Shown here: positions 38,169-44,764 of the stretch, in pieces
Position numbering within the stretch: position 1 is the stretch's first letter
Layout of the letters: every line of letters starts with the position of its first letter
Source: Bacteroidales bacterium
GTDB lineage: Bacteria > Bacteroidota > Bacteroidia > Bacteroidales > F082
Direction of reading: 5' to 3'
Length of the DNA: 64,000 nt
Assembly (NCBI GenBank): GCA_045639025.1
Contig: JAZUCH010000005.1
Location: 2,806 to 66,805, forward strand
The notes under the pieces: model-generated
Database searches by the model: none
Told to the model about the DNA's origin: nothing
Seen by the model: the letters and a program-made list of their open reading frames with translations, nothing else
Program-made: the position numbers and the translations under genes

Positions 38169-40358
38169 TCATCGCTCAAAGCATTTATTCAATAAAATTT
38201 TTTGTGTATTAATTCCTTTATCGTCAATTTTCTGAATGATATATACGCCTGCGCTATATCCGTTTGTCTGAACAGAATGAACATCGTCTCTGCTAAACAC
38301 ACGACGTCCAGTCACATCGTATATGTTAATCTGCGCATTACCATTTATATCGTCAATGATTATCTCACCATTATTTATATATGCGAAATGGCTGTGAGCT
38401 GTGGGCTGTGAGCTGTGAGCCATTGTCAATACAAATCTGTCACTGTCGTTATCTTCTGAATGAATAAAGGTATATGACTCTGTCTGAAGATTTACTTTTG
38501 CTCCTGTCTGTTTATCTTCCAGGATGATATTATCAAATTCGTTTCCTATTTCACTAAGAGAAATGGTATATCTTGACATACTACCTGCTTCAAAATTCAA
38601 AGGAAGTGATTTCTCATCGTCGATATAAACCACTGTATAATTTCCTACACCTTTATTAATATATAGAGATGGAGCTGATTCATTTAAACTGAACATCTTG
38701 AAGACATCGTCGTTGTCGCCAATAACTACCGCTATTTCATCTTGTCCTGATGCGCCATTGACTCTTACCTTGAAGATATTTTCGTCATTGTCTTTTCTGA
38801 AAGCTGATTTAGTTCTGGTTCTTATATCATTAGTCATCACGAAATCACCTGGAGTTTTTGCTTTCACGAAGAATCCTTGACAAGGTGCAATATATTGTGA
38901 GCCGCCGTTTGTCGCCACGCCACCAAGTGTGTAAGTGATGTAGTTATTCACGTCATCGTCATAAATCCATACAGTCTGAAGTTCCAGCATATCGCGATTC
39001 CAGCCTTTTGTTTCCCAGTCGATGTAACTAGGATAAGGATTTCCGAGGAGGTTGAAGCCTGTATATCTTTCTATTACAAATTCTCCGTCAGTGCTACATG
39101 AAAGAGGATATGTCACATCGCCATTATTCAAAACGCCTGTAAATTTCTTGTAATCCTCATTTTCGTAAGCCACGAGATAACCTCTTCCCTTTGCAAAGCT
39201 AGATCCGTTATCTGTATAAAAATCATTTGTCGTTGAATTGTCTTTTTTCTGGTTGTTCCATGTTGAGTTAAATTCCGACCAGGAATAGAAGTCGTAGTTT
39301 TCTTCTGTAGGAATGAAACTCTCAATCGTCTGATTTACGACAGGAGAAGAGATGAAATGCCAGTCGGCGCTCCAGTTTCTAGAAATACTGCTGTTATCGA
39401 TATAGCAATTCACTTTTGCTATGACATCATCATCATTATGAATCAAAGAACCTATACCGTTGATGTCTGCGTCCACTATCAAAGCGTTTTCATCTGTATT
39501 TGCGATATCGCCTATTATCTCAAGAGCTCCTGTTGATGTTATTTTCAAAGTGACATCTGGCAATATCTCCACATCTTTCACTATATAATTCGAGGTAGCG
39601 TCGAGGTCTTCTGCCACTATAATATCATCTATCATTTCTGGATTTGATGAAGGAAGTTCTGTCGCTGGCTGAGGATCGGTCCAGCCTTCACATACGAGTT
39701 GCCAATTAGATATCTCATTCCAGTCTTTGTCTGTTCCGATAAATTTATATTTGATTGTATAATAATCAACGACGCCAGCATTAAGGTTTGTATTTGAAGA
39801 AGAATACGTAATAAAGAAATCACCTACGACATTCAATTCTGTTCCGATTTCATGGTCATAAAAACGAAGTACTATATCGTCATTTTCATTGCCATAAATC
39901 GTAAGAAATAAAAGATACATGCTTCCTTGTTTCCTTATGAATGCCCTACCTCTCACCTCATCACCGCAGAATGCACCAATCTCGATGTTTTCACCAGCTA
40001 ATTCTCCGTCAATCTTAATCTGACCATAAACTGTCATGTTAGTTCCATCAGACGACTCGACAGGATTATCAAAATAAAAATTCTGAGCCACAGCAGATGC
40101 GTTGAAACTCAGAATCAATATCAATAAGACAAGTAATGACTTATTGTTTTTTTTATTGCGATTTGTACGTGATTTTATTGTCAGATAGCCCGCACCCAAT
40201 AATGACAGAGCAAACAGTCCATTACCGAGAGGTACCGGAGATTGAAAATTATCATTCAATCCGTGAGATTTTGGCAGACCAGGCGCAAAGATCTCATCAG
40301 AGCTTCTGTAGTATTCATTATTATTATAATTAAAGAAACTATCAGACTGAGCTTTCAC
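38169..40358 (-). CDS. 729-aa exported protein with a T9SS type-A C-terminal sorting domain. As sequenced it starts at a GTG inside a G8 tract and is probably the frameshifted body of a longer ORF starting at ATG 40437.
   Basis: C-terminus ...NAQINIYDVTGRRVFSRDDVHSVQTNGYSAGVYIIQKIDDKGINTQKILLNK is a typical Por CTD. An internal signal-like segment is KSLLVLLILILSFNASAVAQ. The ORF-track start is GTG at 40358. See the poly-G feature and finding. Confidence 0.75.
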   Translation of the reverse strand: MKAQSDSFFNYNNNEYYRSSDEIFAPGLPKSHGLNDNFQSPVPLGNGLFALSLLGAGYLTIKSRTNRNKKNNKSLLVLLILILSFNASAVAQNFYFDNPVESSDGTNMTVYGQIKIDGELAGENIEIGAFCGDEVRGRAFIRKQGSMYLLFLTIYGNENDDIVLRFYDHEIGTELNVVGDFFITYSSSNTNLNAGVVDYYTIKYKFIGTDKDWNEISNWQLVCEGWTDPQPATELPSSNPEMIDDIIVAEDLDATSNYIVKDVEILPDVTLKITSTGALEIIGDIANTDENALIVDADINGIGSLIHNDDDVIAKVNCYIDNSSISRNWSADWHFISSPVVNQTIESFIPTEENYDFYSWSEFNSTWNNQKKDNSTTNDFYTDNGSSFAKGRGYLVAYENEDYKKFTGVLNNGDVTYPLSCSTDGEFVIERYTGFNLLGNPYPSYIDWETKGWNRDMLELQTVWIYDDDVNNYITYTLGGVATNGGSQYIAPCQGFFVKAKTPGDFVMTNDIRTRTKSAFRKDNDENIFKVRVNGASGQDEIAVVIGDNDDVFKMFSLNESAPSLYINKGVGNYTVVYIDDEKSLPLNFEAGSMSRYTISLSEIGNEFDNIILEDKQTGAKVNLQTESYTFIHSEDNDSDRFVLTMAHSSQPTAHSHFAYINNGEIIIDDINGNAQINIYDVTGRRVFSRDDVHSVQTNGYSAGVYIIQKIDDKGINTQKILLNKCFER

Positions 40359-40365
40359 CCCCCCC
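40358..40365 (-). promoter_or_regulatory. G8 homopolymer (C8 on the plus strand) at the 5' end of the first gene of the giant operon; candidate slipped-strand phase switch or homopolymer sequencing error
   Basis: The plus strand reads ttcaCCCCCCCCgtc. ATG 40437 opens a 31-codon ORF, MRNICCLAKPLVVIIIFLLSVNQDGGGESSV*, that passes through the tract. A G7 or G10 tract would fuse it in frame to the 729-aa ORF. Confidence 0.7.
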
Positions 40366-40462
40366 GTCTTGATTTACAGAAAGTAAGAATATAATAATGA
40401 CAACCAAAGGTTTAGCTAAACAACAAATATTTCTCATAAAAACCTATTTTTAATTCAACATA

Positions 40463-40470
40463 CAAAAATA
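40463..40470 (-). promoter_or_regulatory. -7 promoter box (TATTTTTG) upstream of ATG 40437
   Basis: The plus strand reads caaaaata, about 26 bp upstream of ATG 40437. This points to 40437 as the real translation start of the first operon gene. Confidence 0.5.
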
Positions 40471-40527
40471 GGCTATAATATTTTAAAAGTCAATAAGTAA
40501 TATTACATATTTTTTTAATAATTCAAA

Positions 40528-41172
40528 TTACAGTTTAACAATGCCATGTTCTATTGACCATTTCAACAATTCTATAGTATTGTTAATGCCGAGCTTTTTA
40601 AAGATATTAGACTTGTGCATTTCTACAGTACGATGGCTTATATTTAGACGAGAAGCTATTTCCTTCGACAGCAATCCATCACAACACAAAACTATCACTT
40701 CTTTTTCTCTTTCAGTAAGTTCAGCTAATGAAGATGATGGCGTATCTTGGTTACTGCGTCCCATTATCTTAGTGACGTCAACGCCATAATAACTAATGCC
40801 AGAATGTACATTATGTATTGCTGTTTTAATTTTCTCAATATTAGTAGTCTTTGGCACAAATCCGTCTATTCCAACCTTAATAAGTCTATATATTATTTCA
40901 TCTTCATTTATCGATGATAAAATAAGTATCTTGAGTTTAGGGAAATCTTTTTTCAGTTTTCTCACAGCATCTTCACACGACATTCCTGGCATTTGAATAT
41001 CAAGCAAAACCACATCAACTTTTTTATCTGGCAATATAGAAAACAGTTCGTCTGCCGAAGATGCTTCTCCAGCTACATTTATCTCGTCCTTATATGACAT
41101 CAATGAAGCTTTGACGCCCAACCTCATCAAAGGATGGTCATCAACTAAAATGACATTTATCATATCACACAT
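40528..41172 (-). CDS. LuxR/NarL-family two-component response regulator
   Basis: The receiver domain has INVILVDDHPLMRLG ... DVVLLDIQMPGMS ... KILILSS. The C-terminal LuxR HTH reads LTEREKEVIVLCCDGLLSKEIASRLNISHRTVEMHKSNIFKKLG. It overlaps the kinase stop by 8 nt; an alternative ATG is at 41163. Confidence 0.9.
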   Translation of the reverse strand: MCDMINVILVDDHPLMRLGVKASLMSYKDEINVAGEASSADELFSILPDKKVDVVLLDIQMPGMSCEDAVRKLKKDFPKLKILILSSINEDEIIYRLIKVGIDGFVPKTTNIEKIKTAIHNVHSGISYYGVDVTKIMGRSNQDTPSSSLAELTEREKEVIVLCCDGLLSKEIASRLNISHRTVEMHKSNIFKKLGINNTIELLKWSIEHGIVKL

Positions 41173-42967
41173 TTCCTTTCTTTAATTTAAATGAAAACTC
41201 ACTGCCTTTTCCTGGAGTACTTTCTATATGCAACTTAGACTCGCAAATACTCAACATCTTATTTACTATTTCCAATCCGATTCCATTGCCATCCTCACCG
41301 TTTGTGCCAGACGTAGTAAATGTTTTTCCAGACAACAATAATTTCTTCTTTTCCTCTGAAATGCCAACACCATTATCTTTAACGACTATTCTTATACAAT
41401 CGTCCTCATCCATAAAATACAAACTCACTTCAGTATTTTCATAACTAAATTTCAACGCATTGCTTATAAGATTCCTTAATATCGTTGACACCATTTTAAT
41501 ATCAGAAAAGACATAACAATTATCAGAATCAGACGCCTCGTCTTCTTTAACTATTATATTTTTCTTTTTGAGCATTGTATTATACAATGGAACTATCTCA
41601 TCAAAGCACAATGCCTTAACATCGAATTTTAACGGGTTGTACTCTATTCTTTTCGCCTCATATCTAGTCCATTCTAGAAGATTTGTCAACAACTCTTCCA
41701 AAGAACTTACAGAATCTGTCAAAGCATCAATATACATCTTAAGTTCTTCATTGCTGAACGAATCAAGATTATCATTCAACTGATGCAACACAAGTTTCTG
41801 AGCTATGACAGGATTTTTCAGGTCATGCGACAATACCGACAAGGACTTTGTTCGGGTGTCATTCAGTTCTACCAAAGCTGTATTTCTTCTCTTTCTTGCG
41901 ATTCCGTTTATAATCAAAAGCACGACTATGACAATAAGCAATGCTATTACTAAAAACATCAATTGAAATATGTTTTTGTTATATTTCACTTCCTTCTTAT
42001 ACATTTCTATTTCAGTTTCCTTTTCCTGCATATTATACTTAGCTTGGAAATCATTAAGCATCTGCTGGTTTTTCTCATTGAATATCGAATCTTTTATATT
42101 CACATATTGTTCGAAATAATCTATGGCAAGTCGTGGGTTTATATCTTTATACACTTTAAACAATGACATTGATATTTCTTGTATCAGCAATCTATTATAG
42201 ATATTTTTCGCCAACTTCAAAGATTTCTCATAATAATATATTGCCGAATCTATTTTATCTTCCTGTCTGTTCAAATCTCCCAAAGAATGTAACACTATTG
42301 ACATTCCATATTTGCTTCCAGCTTTTTCAAAATATTGATATGCCTCCACTTCGCAGCGTTTAGCCTCCTCGGTACGATTTGTAGCCTGATACACTTCACC
42401 GAGCTGATTCAAGCGAATAGCAATCTTGTTTGGACGTCCAATCTCTCTATCTATAAGCAGGCCTTCTTCAGCAGAAGCTATCGCCTCTTCGTATCTGCCC
42501 ATCTTCAAGTATGCCGTCGATATATTTCCCAGACGAACAGCGAGCTGCGACTTCCTGCCTAATTCTCTCTCAATATCAATACTTTTGTTGAAATAAACAG
42601 AAGCAATACTATCCATATCATTAACCATATACACATTACCGATATTATTCAAGACAGAGCTTTGCAAGTCTGGCATTCTAAGTTTTATGGCCACATCGTA
42701 TGCTTGCATATTATATTCAAGAGCTTCATCCATGTTACCTAGCCTTTGGTTAGAGAATCCCATATAATAAAGGCTGTTGAATACCAATACGGTATCTGTT
42801 GTATTTATTGATTTTTCATATAAATCTTTAGCAAGATTACAACACTCCAAATACTTTTCAGCTTTAAATAGCTTTGATACATTATTGTATATTGTGTCAA
42901 GGTTTTCCGACTTCAAACTGTAGCAAGAAAACAATAATAAAAAAAACAACAGCAATTTTGATTTCAT
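41165..42967 (-). CDS. TPR-repeat sensor histidine kinase
   Basis: Signal peptide MKSKLLLFFLLLFSCYSLKSE, periplasmic TPR repeats, one TM segment (IFQLMFLVIALLIVIVVLLIINGI), HisKA H-box LSVLSHDLKNP, and HATPase N and G boxes (NLISNALKF, DNGVGI, GNGIGL). The start is set at ATG 42967 because the ORF-track start at 42988 is TTG. Confidence 0.88.
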   Translation of the reverse strand: MKSKLLLFFLLLFSCYSLKSENLDTIYNNVSKLFKAEKYLECCNLAKDLYEKSINTTDTVLVFNSLYYMGFSNQRLGNMDEALEYNMQAYDVAIKLRMPDLQSSVLNNIGNVYMVNDMDSIASVYFNKSIDIERELGRKSQLAVRLGNISTAYLKMGRYEEAIASAEEGLLIDREIGRPNKIAIRLNQLGEVYQATNRTEEAKRCEVEAYQYFEKAGSKYGMSIVLHSLGDLNRQEDKIDSAIYYYEKSLKLAKNIYNRLLIQEISMSLFKVYKDINPRLAIDYFEQYVNIKDSIFNEKNQQMLNDFQAKYNMQEKETEIEMYKKEVKYNKNIFQLMFLVIALLIVIVVLLIINGIARKRRNTALVELNDTRTKSLSVLSHDLKNPVIAQKLVLHQLNDNLDSFSNEELKMYIDALTDSVSSLEELLTNLLEWTRYEAKRIEYNPLKFDVKALCFDEIVPLYNTMLKKKNIIVKEDEASDSDNCYVFSDIKMVSTILRNLISNALKFSYENTEVSLYFMDEDDCIRIVVKDNGVGISEEKKKLLLSGKTFTTSGTNGEDGNGIGLEIVNKMLSICESKLHIESTPGKGSEFSFKLKKGNV

Positions 42968-42985
42968 ATAAGATATATTATTTCG

Positions 42986-42993
42986 CAAATATA
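42986..42993 (-). promoter_or_regulatory. -7 promoter box (TATATTTG) for the kinase / response regulator genes
   Basis: The plus strand reads caaatata, 19 bp upstream of ATG 42967. Confidence 0.5.
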
Positions 42994-43002
42994 AATAATT
43001 TA

Positions 43003-43010
43003 TATATTTG
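43003..43010 (+). promoter_or_regulatory. -7 promoter box (TATATTTG) for the BNR/T9SS gene
   Basis: The box lies 25 bp upstream of ATG 43035, divergent from the kinase promoter. Confidence 0.5.
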
Positions 43011-43034
43011 TGAAAAATTTTAACCTAAATTACT

Positions 43035-44333
43035 ATGAAAATTAATTTACGCTTTAACTTCATCAAGAAGGCAGCTATGACCTTAGCTTGCTTCTTATCT
43101 TTGTCAGTCTTTGCACAGACAAATCCATGGGAATTGATTCGTCATCAACCTGCTACCAACGCATTTCACATTACAGAAAGCGGCAACATGCTTATCGCCG
43201 ACTTCCTTTTAGAGAAAAACGGAGGCATATACATTTCCAATGACAAAGGCGTACAATGGAAAAAGACAGCCGTTGCGGATTACAATTACAACGTCTTTTT
43301 AGAAGGCAACGGATACATATTCGCTGCTGGCGAGGGCGCAAACATAGCACGTTCCTCCGATAATGGAGTCAACTGGGAATTACTCAGCTACGCATCTGCT
43401 GTTGAAGATGTTCTCGGAGAAAACGTTCCATACGCAATATGCTACGCCATAACATATCACAACGACAAACTCTTTGTCGGCGATTTTTCAGGCGGTGGCA
43501 TCGTATATTCCGAAGACAACGGCGAGACATGGAACAAGACCGACATTGCATCAATCACCTTCACCGTTAATGGAAAAGAGATGGTGGAAAACTTCTACAA
43601 CCTTGTTTCATATAATGGCGAACTTTACGCATACGGCGTTTATTTCGTATTCAAATATTTGCCAGACAGCAACTCATGGGAAGTAGTCCGTAACGACAGC
43701 AACTTTATGGCAGTATCAGCTATATATCAAGACAAGCTCTGCACAGGACGTTCCGTCATGAACGACGGCACCAACATCCCTTTCATCGTGACATTTGACG
43801 AAAACGGAGAATGGGGAGAATTGCCTCGTCCAGAAAACACCGTAGATAACAATATCAGAGCGATGTTTGCAACAGACGAACATCTTTTCGTAGGAATGCA
43901 GATGACAGGACTTTATTATACAGATAACGCAGGCGAAGAATGGTATGCTTTAAACGAAGGTATTCCTTACTACACAGGTACTTACTTCACTCCTATGAAA
44001 TTCCAGAGCGATGATGAATACATTTATCTCGCAGCATACGAGCCTCCATTTGCCACCACACAAAACAGCGGTATCTATCGTCTCTCTAAAAAAGATTTGC
44101 CAACATACGATGGAATAAACGACATCATAGAATCTGAAAATGCGATTTATAACGGCAAAACACTTATATTTAGCGGAGAAATTGAAAACATCACAATATG
44201 CGACATAAACGGACGCACATTACCAATAGAATTATCTGGCAACAGCGTAGATATTGAAAACCTTGAACGAGGAGTATATATCTACACAGCCATTATCGAT
44301 GGAAAAAGAGTGAATGGAAAATTCGTCAAATAA
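43035..44333 (+). CDS. BNR/Asp-box repeat beta-propeller protein with a T9SS type-A C-terminal sorting domain
   Basis: A signal peptide is present. Asp-box motifs are SNDKGVQWKK, SSDNGVNWEL, SEDNGETWNK and TDNAGEEWYA. The C-terminus ITICDINGRTLPIELSGNSVDIENLERGVYIYTAIIDGKRVNGKFVK is Por-CTD-like. Confidence 0.8.
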   Translation: MKINLRFNFIKKAAMTLACFLSLSVFAQTNPWELIRHQPATNAFHITESGNMLIADFLLEKNGGIYISNDKGVQWKKTAVADYNYNVFLEGNGYIFAAGEGANIARSSDNGVNWELLSYASAVEDVLGENVPYAICYAITYHNDKLFVGDFSGGGIVYSEDNGETWNKTDIASITFTVNGKEMVENFYNLVSYNGELYAYGVYFVFKYLPDSNSWEVVRNDSNFMAVSAIYQDKLCTGRSVMNDGTNIPFIVTFDENGEWGELPRPENTVDNNIRAMFATDEHLFVGMQMTGLYYTDNAGEEWYALNEGIPYYTGTYFTPMKFQSDDEYIYLAAYEPPFATTQNSGIYRLSKKDLPTYDGINDIIESENAIYNGKTLIFSGEIENITICDINGRTLPIELSGNSVDIENLERGVYIYTAIIDGKRVNGKFVK

Positions 44334-44352
44334 ACACATCTAATAAAAAAAG

Positions 44353-44393
44353 AAATCTCAGGGATTCTAAATAGAGTTCCTGAGATTTTTTTT
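44353..44393 (+). terminator. Rho-independent terminator of the BNR/T9SS gene
   Basis: Stem aaatctcagg ... cctgagattt followed by a T run. Confidence 0.75.
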
Positions 44394-44394
44394 G

Positions 44395-44481
44395 CGGAGA
44401 AAGAGGGATTCGAACCCTCGGATCGCTGATGCGATCAACGGTTTTCGAGACCGCCCCATTCGACCACTCTGGCATTTCTCC
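44395..44481 (-). tRNA. tRNA-Ser (anticodon CGA)
   Basis: The reverse complement is GGAGAAATGCCAGAGTGGTCGAATGGGGCGGTCTCGAAAACCGTTGATCGCATCAGCGATCCGAGGGTTCGAATCCCTCTTTCTCCG, with anticodon loop CT-CGA-AA and a long variable arm. Confidence 0.92.
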
Positions 44482-44577
44482 TAAATTTAAGACTAAAGAC
44501 AAATGACTAAAGTCTAAAGTTTTGTTGACAACTAGCCTTTAAAGAACAAAAGCGACTTGTCAGTCGCTTAATCTCCG

Positions 44578-44662
44578 CGGAGAAAGAGGGATTCGAACCC
44601 CCGGTACATTGCTGTACAACGGTTTTCAAGACCGCCGCGATCGACCACTCTGCCATTTCTCC
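44578..44662 (-). tRNA. tRNA-Ser (anticodon TGA), copy 2, identical to 8380-8464
   Basis: The 85 nt are identical to copy 1, and identity extends to 111 bp (44574-44684 = 8376-8486) including the -7 box. The hairpin aagcgac/gtcgctt at 44553-44572 looks like its terminator. Confidence 0.93.
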
Positions 44663-44746
44663 GCTGCAAAGATACAACTTTTTTTTATCGCGCAAGTATT
44701 TTTGAAAAAAAAATTATTTTTTCTTATTTTCACCAAATAAAAGCAG

Positions 44747-44754
44747 TATTTTTG
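44747..44754 (+). promoter_or_regulatory. -7 promoter box (TATTTTTG)
   Basis: The box lies 11 bp upstream of ATG 44765. Confidence 0.5.
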
Positions 44755-44764
44755 CACTCGTAAA

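Noticed and set aside
8376-44684. Integrative or mobile element bounded by the duplicated tRNA-Ser
   Set aside because: No integrase, transposase, relaxase, conjugation or phage genes lie between the repeats. The duplication covers the whole tRNA and promoter, not an att-sized 3' fragment. It is kept only as a lower-confidence finding.
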